The translations under genes and the position numbers were made by a program. A DNA stretch of 15,261 nucleotides from a bacterium (lineage in GTDB: Bacteria; DUMJ01), in assembly GCA_049970495.1 (NCBI GenBank), contig JBMFMV010000026.1:1-15261 (forward strand). The letters run 5' to 3'. Below, piece after piece: positions 1 to 7,973 of this stretch (the first letter of the stretch is position 1; every line of letters begins with the position of its first letter). The notes beneath the pieces were generated by a model. The model made no database searches and had not been told where the DNA came from. It saw only the letters and a program-made list of their open reading frames with translations.

Positions 1-1208
1 CCTATAACTGCAATAGTTCTTACCCCTTTACTTATAGGCAGTATACCATCATTCTTCAATAAAACGATGGATTTCCTGGCTAGTTCTCTGGCAAATGCCC
101 TGTGTTCCGGGTTATCTAGAATAGAGCTTATCTTAATAGAATCTGCGTAGATAATATCATCTAGTAATCCTAGAAGTATCTTTGCCTTTAAGACTCTGGC
201 TACAGCTGTATCTATAACAGAAATGGATATATTTCCTTCTTTGACAGCCGATAGAAGTGGTTCACCATAACATTTTGTCTCTGGTAGCTCTATATCAATT
301 CCTGCTTCTAGGGCTTTTATAGCTGCAGTCTTTAGGTCTTTAGCTACTTTGTGGAATGTGTGTAACATCTCTATAGCTGAATAGTCAGAAACTACAAATC
401 CCTTGAAACCCCATTCTTCTCTAAGTATTTTTGTCAATAAAAATTTAGAAGATGCGCATGGGACTCCATCTATCTCATGATAGGCGTTCATTACAGAACC
501 TACGTTAGCCTTTCTTATTGCAACTTCAAATGGAAACAGAAATACTTCTCTTAATTCTCTTTCAGATACTCTAGCAGGACCTAGGTTTCTACCACCTTCC
601 GATATACCATAAGCTGTAAAATGTTTAACCGTAGCAATTATACCTTCCTTCCAATCCTCTCCTTGAAGCCCTTTTATGTAACTTTCTGCCATCTTTGATA
701 CAAGATACGGATCTTCTCCAAATGTTTCTTCTGTCCTTCCCCACCTAGGGTCTCTAGGGATATCAAGAACAGGAGAGAGCCCCTGATGAACACCAAATGC
801 CTTCATCTCTTTTCTTATAATAGAACTCATCTTTTGAATATCATCTGGTTCGAATGTACTAGCCATTCCTATAGCCTGTGGAAATGTTGTTGCTCCTTTA
901 GTCATAACACCTGAGAGACACTCTTCGTGAATTATTGCTGGTATACCTAGCCTAGTCTCCTCCTTTAAAAATCTCTGAATTTCATTTATAAGTTCTACCG
1001 ATTTTTCAGGATCTCTCTCAGCGTATCCTGCTACTCTAGTTATCTGTCCTATCCCATTTTTCAGAAATTCCTTGGCTTTTTCTCTAGAAAATTTTCCATC
1101 TTCTATCAACTTACCTGATGGTATTGAACCGAGTTGTGCTATCTTTTCTTCAAGAGTCATCTTTAATAATAACTCTTCAACCCTTTTTCGAATCAATCTT
1201 TCTTCCAT
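1..1208 (-). CDS. Glycoside hydrolase family 3 (beta-xylosidase/beta-glucosidase-like), 3' end runs off the window
   Basis: Absent from the ORF track because it has no stop in the window; translated by hand. ATG at 1208 with AAGGAGGG RBS at 1216-1223. Reads MEERLIRKRVEELLLKMTLEEKIAQL...RLGIPAIIHEECLSG...TTFPQAIGMASTF...SPVLDIPRDPRWGRTEETFGEDPYL...ATVKHF...GSVMNAYHEIDG...LREEWGFKGFVVSDY (GH3 nucleophile Asp)...SIVLLKNDGILP. Confidence 0.96.
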   Translation of the reverse strand, partial: MEERLIRKRVEELLLKMTLEEKIAQLGSIPSGKLIEDGKFSREKAKEFLKNGIGQITRVAGYAERDPEKSVELINEIQRFLKEETRLGIPAIIHEECLSGVMTKGATTFPQAIGMASTFEPDDIQKMSSIIRKEMKAFGVHQGLSPVLDIPRDPRWGRTEETFGEDPYLVSKMAESYIKGLQGEDWKEGIIATVKHFTAYGISEGGRNLGPARVSERELREVFLFPFEVAIRKANVGSVMNAYHEIDGVPCASSKFLLTKILREEWGFKGFVVSDYSAIEMLHTFHKVAKDLKTAAIKALEAGIDIELPETKCYGEPLLSAVKEGNISISVIDTAVARVLKAKILLGLLDDIIYADSIKISSILDNPEHRAFARELARKSIVLLKNDGILPISKGVRTIAVI

Positions 1209-1239
1209 CTAAAAGCCCTCCTTCTTATAGTGCAAATTT

Positions 1240-2205
1240 TTACCCTCTCATCAGTTTTACTGCGAAATTGAATGCATTTTCAAAACTTTTTGTATTAGCT
1301 ATACCTTTATATGCAATGTCATAAGCAGTTCCGTGGTCTACAGAAGTCCTTATTATTTTAAGCCCAATTGTTATATTTACTCCTCCCTCAAAGTCTAATA
1401 ACTTTACAGGTATATGTCCTTGGTCGTGGTACATACAGACAACTGCAGAGTATAGGCCATTATAGGCTTTCCAAAAGACGGTATCTGGGGATATAGGTCC
1501 TTCTACGTCAATTCCATCTCTTCTAGCTCTTTCTACTGCAGGCTTTATCTCTTTTTCTTCCTCTTCTCCAAATGCAGAATCTTCTCCTGCATGGGGATTT
1601 AAACCTGCTACAGCTATCTTTGGATTAGCTATAAATCTTTTAAGAGTATTATAAGTGAGTACTACAACTCTATATACATTCTCCTCTTTGACCATTTCTA
1701 CAGCATTTCTTAGAGATACATGGGTAGATACATGGGTTACAACAAGTCTGTCTGATGCTAACATCATAGTGTAATCTTTTTCTCCGCAAAGCTCTGCTAT
1801 AAACTCAGTATGCCCTGTGAAATCGGGAAATGTTAGTCTTACTGCGGATTTATTTATAGGAAGCGTTACTATAGCGTCTAGTTTTCCCTCTAATGCCATT
1901 TTTGTAGCCTGCTCTACATACATTACAGAAGCATATCCAGCTTTTCTAGATGCTTTGCCAATAGTTAAATCGTCTCTACTTAAGATACCTAGATCTATAA
2001 CGTTTAAATAGTTACTATCAATATCGTCAAGAGAAGATGTCTTTCTTAATGGGACATTATACCCCAGGCATTCATTAGCAAATAGGAGGATATCATAGTC
2101 GCCAATAACAATAAATCTCTCTTTAAGATTACCCTTAATAAAACTCTTAAGTACTATCTCAGGCCCAACTCCATTTGCATCTCCCATGGTAATTCCTATA
2201 AGCAT
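1240..2205 (-). CDS. pdxA: PdxA-family 4-phospho-hydroxyacid dehydrogenase (probably PdxA2-type D-threonate/D-erythronate 4-phosphate dehydrogenase)
   Basis: Motifs TMGDxxGVGPE, GHTEF, GLNPHAGE, PDTVF, MYHDQG, RTSVDHGTAYDIA. Lies 1 bp downstream of a DUF1537 kinase, the arrangement typical of pdxA2. Confidence 0.93.
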   Translation of the reverse strand: MLIGITMGDANGVGPEIVLKSFIKGNLKERFIVIGDYDILLFANECLGYNVPLRKTSSLDDIDSNYLNVIDLGILSRDDLTIGKASRKAGYASVMYVEQATKMALEGKLDAIVTLPINKSAVRLTFPDFTGHTEFIAELCGEKDYTMMLASDRLVVTHVSTHVSLRNAVEMVKEENVYRVVVLTYNTLKRFIANPKIAVAGLNPHAGEDSAFGEEEEKEIKPAVERARRDGIDVEGPISPDTVFWKAYNGLYSAVVCMYHDQGHIPVKLLDFEGGVNITIGLKIIRTSVDHGTAYDIAYKGIANTKSFENAFNFAVKLMRG

Positions 2206-2206
2206 C

Positions 2207-3451
2207 TTAGTCCCTCATAGATAAATCTAGATTTCTATTTTTAATTAAAACTAATATCTTCTCAATTATATCCTCATCTCCAAAGCCACCGGCTTTAGTA
2301 ATAAAAAAGAGCAATCTCTCTTCTATTGTTGATAGAACTACACCTTTATCTATCTCTAAAAGAGGTATTAAAGATGTGATGTGAAGTCTATTAACTATAG
2401 ATGAAAATGTATCACCACCAAAGGCTAAGAGTGTATTCTGCCTTGTCCTGATTAGAAGTCTTTGAGCTATTTCTCCTAGTCTTTTTGTTACTATTAATGG
2501 TAAGTCTTCTATCTTGATAGAGTTGGCCCTTGCGTATTCTTCGTATATCTTTATCTCAGATGGTTTTTCTACTGTTCTTACTACTACTATTTCGCAGTTT
2601 TTAAGGTCGGATATCTTTGGAAAGAATCTTTTCTTTTTGAAGATTTCTTCTGGAGAAAGAACTATGTCTAAGACTTTCCTCTGTTTTTTTATATACTCAA
2701 TCTGTTGTAGCGATTTTTCATTTATACTTCCACAGATTAAAATGAGAGGCTGGGCTTTTAAGGAAATTTCTAAAGGGTCCAATTTACTTTTAAAATCTAT
2801 TAGTCTAGTCAAAGTTTGTGCAAATCCTGCACTACCTGCAGTATACTTTAAAAGATTCCTCTCTTTTAATAACCCCCCAATTCTATCTAAGTCTTCTCTG
2901 GTTTCTCCGTCAAAGATGTATACCCCGAGCTCTAGATGGTCGTTTAGTACACTTTCATATTTATCCTTCGTGACTACGAATGTCTTTATATCGGCTTGTT
3001 CTCTTATAATATCTGGGATAAAACTTTTTCTAACAGGGTTCAATGGGTCCTTTGCGAATATACTCTCTGCTATAGGTTTCCCATCAACGTATTGGACTCC
3101 ATTTTTAGTAATCCTTCCCTGTTCCGGATATGCTGGGATAAAGAATATGGAAGAATTGAAATTATCTATCATAGCTTTAAGCTCTACTCCGATATTTCCC
3201 CTAAGAGTCGAGTCTGTCTTTTTGTAGATATAGTTGGTATACTCTAAAGATTTTAAAAGGAATAAAGATTTAAGATAGGCATCCCTTGATGGGAGATGTC
3301 TAGTTTCAGTATCTAGAACGGTAACCTCGTTATCAATATTGCCGATCCATCTTTGGATATATACCTTTGTATATATCCCTCTTTTAGCAAACTGAACCCC
3401 AGTATCAAGAGACCCTGTTAGATCATCTGCTACTACAGAAAGTTTAATCAT
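2207..3451 (-). CDS. Four-carbon acid-sugar kinase family (DUF1537; DtnK/DenK-like)
   Basis: N-terminal VADDLTGSLDTGVQF, DTETRH, YKKTDSTLRGN, PAYPEQGR, GSAGFA; C-terminal GGDT and TKAGGFG, all signatures of the family. Confidence 0.92.
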   Translation of the reverse strand: MIKLSVVADDLTGSLDTGVQFAKRGIYTKVYIQRWIGNIDNEVTVLDTETRHLPSRDAYLKSLFLLKSLEYTNYIYKKTDSTLRGNIGVELKAMIDNFNSSIFFIPAYPEQGRITKNGVQYVDGKPIAESIFAKDPLNPVRKSFIPDIIREQADIKTFVVTKDKYESVLNDHLELGVYIFDGETREDLDRIGGLLKERNLLKYTAGSAGFAQTLTRLIDFKSKLDPLEISLKAQPLILICGSINEKSLQQIEYIKKQRKVLDIVLSPEEIFKKKRFFPKISDLKNCEIVVVRTVEKPSEIKIYEEYARANSIKIEDLPLIVTKRLGEIAQRLLIRTRQNTLLAFGGDTFSSIVNRLHITSLIPLLEIDKGVVLSTIEERLLFFITKAGGFGDEDIIEKILVLIKNRNLDLSMRD

Positions 3452-3455
3452 AAAT

Positions 3456-3653
3456 TTATCTCTTATATATAGAGATAAATCTAGTTATAGAGCGGTCATA
3501 CGTCCTTTCGATATCGCTAGGGAAATAACAAGCTGGTAATTCTCCATGGCTTCTATGGTACGCTATACATTCACAGCATATACCCTTTCTTGAGCAGGGC
3601 TCATAAGAGCAGTTACAGTTTTTTAAATTTCTATTAACATTGCATTCCCTCAT
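3456..3653 (-). CDS. Small Cys-rich protein, DUF6485-like
   Basis: 65 aa with [21 protein letters not shown]...LPACYF...ERTYDRS. Strong RBS (AAGGAGG) just upstream of the ATG at 3653 and tight packing in the operon. Confidence 0.8.
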   Translation of the reverse strand: MRECNVNRNLKNCNCSYEPCSRKGICCECIAYHRSHGELPACYFPSDIERTYDRSITRFISIYKR

Positions 3654-3664
3654 ACTTCCTCCTT

Positions 3665-4900
3665 TTAAAAGGGTAATAGTTCCCCTTTCTCATCACATAT
3701 GTCTATAAAATTCCCAATGACTTCTACTTTATCTTTTATCTCATCTATAACACTCTGTGATACGTATAACTCACTTAGAGTTAGTGTATTTTTTATCCTT
3801 ATAATCTTTGCATCTTCGATATCTATAGGTCCGCAGGTTCTTAAAGCCCATTCGATAGCAGTTCTTGAGTCTTCTGCAATAATGGGTATCTTACCTCTAA
3901 GTACAAAGGTGCTTGTTACCGCATTCTGATAAGTGGCGTTGAAATCTATTTTACTAAATAACTTCTTGGTAGTAAAATCTGCAAGTCCTATCCCTATGGC
4001 ATTCCCATGAGTATTTTCTGTAAGGTCGGTGACGACAATTCTAGTGATCTTTGGTCTTTCTGGTTCTGATTCTCCATCTATATATATCCTACCTATAATA
4101 TTAGTATCCATCCCTGCCCCACTTATATCTTTACCCATCTCATCTACTATCAAGAGGTCTAGTCTATCTACAGGTAATGAAGGCATGTTCTCTCTTGCAA
4201 TATTAAGTAGTCTTTTATCTGCCTCTTCGAAGTCTTCCGGTTTTACTGCCTCTACTATCATTGTCTCATCGTAAGCATTCTCAACTATGCCAATACCAAA
4301 TATGATATTCCCGTACTCTATAATTCTCTTAGCGGTGGGGGGAATTAGATATTTTAATCCGTATGTTCCAAACCTATGTATCTCTATAGCCTGTCTGTGT
4401 TTCCCCAATCCTATTACACACATCTTTAATAAGCCACTTTCTATATCACCATGAAAATCTGTATGTGGCTTTACCCTATTTATTATTACTGTTCCATCTG
4501 CAGAGTAGGCAATCTTATCCATAAAAACTTTATTTTTCAATCCATCTGATGGCAACTCCACAACATCCATAGAAGACCTAATTGGTGCTCCTATAAGGTT
4601 TTCCTTAATTCCATACCCCTCTAGTAATTCCTTTTGTCCTTCTGCAGTAGCCCCTCCATGACTACCCATAGCCGGAACTATAAATGGCTTTCCTCCAAGT
4701 GCTTTTATCATCTCTACAGTAGCTTTTACGATTCTATCAATATTTCTTATACCTCTACTACCAACTGCTATAGCTATCTCTGAACCTGGTTTTATAGAGA
4801 TCTCTAGTTTGGATATCTCCTCCCTTACCTTACCCTCTATATCCTCTATACGTTCTCTTTTAAAAAACTGTCTTACCTTTATTAATCTTGGTATCTCCAT
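3665..4900 (-). CDS. LarA-like / DUF2088 (lactate racemase domain) protein
   Basis: [73 protein letters not shown]. The His/His/Lys spacing resembles the LarA N-domain. TAATG overlap with the upstream gene. Confidence 0.75.
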   Translation of the reverse strand: MEIPRLIKVRQFFKRERIEDIEGKVREEISKLEISIKPGSEIAIAVGSRGIRNIDRIVKATVEMIKALGGKPFIVPAMGSHGGATAEGQKELLEGYGIKENLIGAPIRSSMDVVELPSDGLKNKVFMDKIAYSADGTVIINRVKPHTDFHGDIESGLLKMCVIGLGKHRQAIEIHRFGTYGLKYLIPPTAKRIIEYGNIIFGIGIVENAYDETMIVEAVKPEDFEEADKRLLNIARENMPSLPVDRLDLLIVDEMGKDISGAGMDTNIIGRIYIDGESEPERPKITRIVVTDLTENTHGNAIGIGLADFTTKKLFSKIDFNATYQNAVTSTFVLRGKIPIIAEDSRTAIEWALRTCGPIDIEDAKIIRIKNTLTLSELYVSQSVIDEIKDKVEVIGNFIDICDEKGELLPF

Positions 4901-6144
4901 TAGTATCTTATCTCCTCTTCTATCAGTCTAGGTTTTAGATCCCTAAGTATTGCTACTATAATTATAGCAACAAGTCCTCCAGAAAAACCATTATTATACA
5001 AATTCATGTATCCGTGCATCTCGCCGACATGCATCACCATAGGAAGATGAAGCATACCAGCAAGTAAGCCTATAAAAGGTCCAAATTTTCCACTAAACGG
5101 TGCTAGAGTGGTTCCAAAAAGGGCAGCTAAGATTGGTCCAGGGTCTGAGTGTAGCCATATCTTAGGAATACAGATAAGATAAACTCCTAACATTATAGGT
5201 ATGACATTCTTTATATGTTTTCCCAAAGCTCCAAAACCTATTATTGTAAAGATCCCTGCTATTACAGGTCCATTTATGTCTCCTCTTACAAACCTTACAT
5301 ATGCTAGGCCTATTAATCCAAGTATGCCCATATTTATGAGGACACTACCTAGATCTGTGATTTCAACAAAGTCAGTTATTAGCCTACCACTCTCTTTTAA
5401 TATTTTCTTTAGTCCTATAAAATTCCCTTCTAAGAATAACCCCAGTACAATAAAAGAGATAGAGTACACAAGTAATATTGGAAATAGAATTTCGGTATGG
5501 TTCTTACCCCAATGCATAACCGGTAATATCTTAAAACCAAAACCTTTTAACATTATGTAGTAAATCGTTCCTACAATACCACCTGTTGTTCCAACATTAT
5601 ATAAGTTGAATCCCATATGAAGGCTATATATGTGCTTAGCAAGGGCGGAAACAAGCATCCCCATAATGATACCTATTATTATCCCCTTGATAATGCCAAA
5701 TTCAAGTCCAAAGGCAGTCTGACTTACAGTTGGTGCCAAGGTGGTTCCGAAAAGACAAGGGGCTATATAATTCTTAAGGGGTCTTTTTGTAAGCAGAGAA
5801 AACGTGTATACACCCGCTATTACAGGCCAGATGTTGAATATATTTTTCCCAAACATAGCAAAACCTGACATAGTAAAAACTCCAGCAATGACAAGTCCAG
5901 AGATCTTAGCTCTACTTAAATATGCGACTATGATACCTGAGATGCCTACAAGTCCAGCATTTATAAATGTAGCTCCTAGCCCTCCAATGGCTATATAGTC
6001 TGTTATAAGGATACTTGGAGATTTGAGGATATTAATAAAACCTATCCTTATATCCTCAATCGACGATAGAAAAAATCCAATTACAATAAGTGCTAATTGA
6101 TAGACTAGTAGTATAACTAGGATCCTGTTTTTTATTTTAGACAC
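4900..6144 (-). CDS. Polytopic membrane protein, DUF1576-like (two internal repeats); possible transporter
   Basis: Highly hydrophobic and Gly-rich. Duplicated motifs LITD..., FGKN/LGKH, LFGTTLAP (twice) and NLYNxG (twice). Start codon uncertain (GTG 6144 vs ATA 6135). Confidence 0.78.
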   Translation of the reverse strand: MSKIKNRILVILLVYQLALIVIGFFLSSIEDIRIGFINILKSPSILITDYIAIGGLGATFINAGLVGISGIIVAYLSRAKISGLVIAGVFTMSGFAMFGKNIFNIWPVIAGVYTFSLLTKRPLKNYIAPCLFGTTLAPTVSQTAFGLEFGIIKGIIIGIIMGMLVSALAKHIYSLHMGFNLYNVGTTGGIVGTIYYIMLKGFGFKILPVMHWGKNHTEILFPILLVYSISFIVLGLFLEGNFIGLKKILKESGRLITDFVEITDLGSVLINMGILGLIGLAYVRFVRGDINGPVIAGIFTIIGFGALGKHIKNVIPIMLGVYLICIPKIWLHSDPGPILAALFGTTLAPFSGKFGPFIGLLAGMLHLPMVMHVGEMHGYMNLYNNGFSGGLVAIIIVAILRDLKPRLIEEEIRY

Positions 6145-6148
6145 CTCC

Positions 6149-6762
6149 TCAAATCTTTTGAGAATTTTCAGAATCTAGTATTTCTATCTCTAGGATTCTA
6201 TCAATTCTGAACGTCCTATCCTCTTTTCTCTTGTAACAGTATGCCGATACCCCAAGAAAGGTCTTTCCATTATAGGAAAATTCACCTATCTTATAAGGCT
6301 TTATAATCCTCTTAGACTTCTCGTCACTTGGTTTTAGATAAGTTATAGATAAATTAGCTTCTTTTTCTATGGCCTTTTCGATTATTTTTATTTTCTCCTC
6401 TAAAGGAACCTTCTTCTCTGAGAGTTGGTATTGAAATTTTGTCAGAAATTCTACAATGCGTCTATCTAGCATAATATGAGATTTCTTTATGGGTTTCTTA
6501 AGAAAAATTCCCTCAATGTTCTGTATAGTTACATTAGGCTTGAAACCAAAGAAGAAGTGAATAGTTTCCCCTTCTATATTTAGAGCAGAGACTTCTGTAG
6601 GTGCTAGGACAACTATCTTCTTTTTGGTTATAGACCTAAAGTAATTTAGAAGGGTTGACTTGCCTGTCCCAGCTTTACCCGTGATAAAGATGTTTTTATC
6701 TGTGTTTTCCATCAAATCTAAGACTTTTTTAAACTGTTCATTTAGTTCTCAATATTAATCAT
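6149..6762 (-). pseudogene. Remnant of a PIF1-like (AAA) helicase-WYL domain gene
   Basis: Walker A ITGKAGTGKST and VLAPTxxxALNIxGETIH are followed almost at once by a C-terminal region (LKKPIKKSHI...ITYLK...RIIKP...AYCYKRKEDRTFRIDRILEI, WYL-like). The rest of the helicase core is missing. The natural N-terminus MINIELNEQFKKVLDLMEN (ATG 6762) is out of frame by a 2-nt GA duplication near 6747-6750. Confidence 0.8.
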
Positions 6763-6772
6763 TATCTGTAAT

Positions 6773-6781
6773 ATTATAGCA
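6773..6781 (-). promoter_or_regulatory. Extended -10 promoter (TGcTATAAT) driving the leftward helicase remnant and probably the catabolic operon
   Basis: Minus strand reads TGCTATAAT ending 10 nt before the ATG at 6762. No good -35 seen. Confidence 0.55.
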
Positions 6782-6816
6782 TAACATCCTAATTTTAAAT
6801 AAACTTATCGATCTTA

Positions 6817-6825
6817 TGATAAAAT
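6817..6825 (+). promoter_or_regulatory. Extended -10 promoter candidate (TGaTAAAAT) for the Zn-dehydrogenase
   Basis: TGnTAAAAT about 35 nt upstream of ATG 6860. RBS AAAGGAGGT at ~6843-6851. Confidence 0.45.
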
Positions 6826-6859
6826 ACACTCAAATACATCGCAAAGGAGGTATCAGAAG

Positions 6860-7891
6860 ATGTTAGCGGCTGTTCTAGAGGGTGTAAGACAGATGGTACT
6901 GAAAGAAGTTCCTAAACCAAGTATAAAGAAAAATGAGGTACTTGTTAGAGTGAAGTCTTGCGGGATCTGTCAGACAGATTATTCTGCCTATACTGGTAGG
7001 AGGACAAATTGGACTCCACCAATGATACTTGGTCATGAGATTTCGGGTGTAATAGAGGAAATTGGTGATGAGGTTGAGAATTGGAGACCAGGAGATGAGG
7101 TAATACTAAGTCCGGTTATCTCTTGTGGGGAATGTGATAACTGCAGATTGGGATTTGGACATTATTGCCGGAATGGTAAAGTTATTGGTGGGGAAGGACA
7201 GAAGGTGGTTTTACCTGGAGGGTTTGCAGAGTATGTAGCAGTTCCTACTAGTGTCTTATACAGAAAACCCAAGAATATCTCCTTTGATTCGGCAGCCTTA
7301 ACTGAACCTCTAGCTGGTTCTTATAAAGGGATGATTGAGTATTCTAATCTTAGATTAGGAGAAGATGTGGTCATTATTGGGGCTGGTGCTATGGGACTTT
7401 TACTTCTTGAGCTAGCTGTAGCAGGAGGATCAGGGAATACTATAGTAATAGATGTAGTAGATGAGAGATTAAATAAAGCTAAAGAGTTAGGGGCAACCCA
7501 TATAATTAACTCTAAGAAGGTAAATCCAAAAGAAGCTGTGTATGATATTATTCCCAATGGACCTGATATAGTCTTTGAAGCTACAGGAGTATTGGAAGCA
7601 GCCAAGTTAACTTTTGAATTAGCTAGAAGAGGAACTAGAGTGAATATGTTTGGTGTTATTATTCCTGGCACTATTCCAGTTTCTCCTGCAGATATTCACT
7701 TTAATGAAACCAGAGTAGATGCCTCTTTCTCTGTCAACCCTAGAGTTATGACTAAAGCCGTATCCCTTCTGGAAAAGGGTAAAGTGGATCCGGGTAGGAT
7801 AATTACTCATAAATTTCCCCTTACAGAAATAAATAAAGCATTATCTGCTATGGAACTTCCCGATCGGATAAAGATAGTAATAAACCCCTAA
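6860..7891 (+). CDS. Zn-dependent medium-chain dehydrogenase (sorbitol/L-iditol/threonine dehydrogenase-like)
   Basis: CGICxTD, GHE, structural-Zn motif CGECDNCRLGFGHYC, TEP, Rossmann GAGAMG, C-terminal ITHKFPL...KIVINP. Strong RBS. Confidence 0.92.
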   Translation: MLAAVLEGVRQMVLKEVPKPSIKKNEVLVRVKSCGICQTDYSAYTGRRTNWTPPMILGHEISGVIEEIGDEVENWRPGDEVILSPVISCGECDNCRLGFGHYCRNGKVIGGEGQKVVLPGGFAEYVAVPTSVLYRKPKNISFDSAALTEPLAGSYKGMIEYSNLRLGEDVVIIGAGAMGLLLLELAVAGGSGNTIVIDVVDERLNKAKELGATHIINSKKVNPKEAVYDIIPNGPDIVFEATGVLEAAKLTFELARRGTRVNMFGVIIPGTIPVSPADIHFNETRVDASFSVNPRVMTKAVSLLEKGKVDPGRIITHKFPLTEINKALSAMELPDRIKIVINP

Positions 7892-7922
7892 AAAATTTAT
7901 AGAGCCCCGAGGGGGCTCTATA
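7890..7922 (-). terminator. Intrinsic terminator, U-tract on the minus strand
   Basis: Perfect 11-bp stem TATAGAGCCCC (7898-7908) / GGGGCTCTATA (7912-7922) with a 3-nt loop. Followed by AATTTTTT on the minus strand but by GGGAGG on the plus strand. Confidence 0.8.
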
Positions 7923-7967
7923 GGGAGGTGGGTTATGAGAGGTTACCTGGTATTGATGTCTTTCGAC
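7890..7967 (-). ncRNA. Candidate ~78-nt small regulatory RNA with anti-SD/anti-AUG core
   Basis: Own -10 (TATACT 7979-7974), 5' GUC-GAAA-GAC hairpin, pyrimidine-rich CCUCUCAUAACCCACCUCCC segment, terminator with minus-strand U-tract. No ORF on that strand. Confidence 0.6.
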
Positions 7968-7973
7968 ACTTAC

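Noticed and set aside
1240..2205. pdxA as evidence of DXP-dependent vitamin B6 synthesis
   Set aside because: No pdxJ or ksgA/surA context; adjacency to a DUF1537 kinase indicates the catabolic PdxA2 role.
2514..3227. 237-aa plus-strand ORF and the other short antisense or alternate-frame ORFs in the track (e.g. 1118-1324, 5201-5560, 7321-7671, 8082-8423, 8596-8994, 13128-13571, 14149-14451)
   Set aside because: They lie opposite well-supported genes and have Ser/Ile/Phe-rich shadow composition with no recognisable motifs.
6149..6715. WYL/helicase gene as part of an active anti-phage defence island or mobile element
   Set aside because: The helicase is broken, the neighbours are metabolic genes, and I saw no integrase, nuclease, terminal repeats or obvious compositional shift.
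7898..7922. Hairpin as simply the terminator of the Zn-dehydrogenase gene
   Set aside because: There is no U-tract on the plus strand; the U-run is on the minus strand. It may still pause or stabilise the plus transcript.
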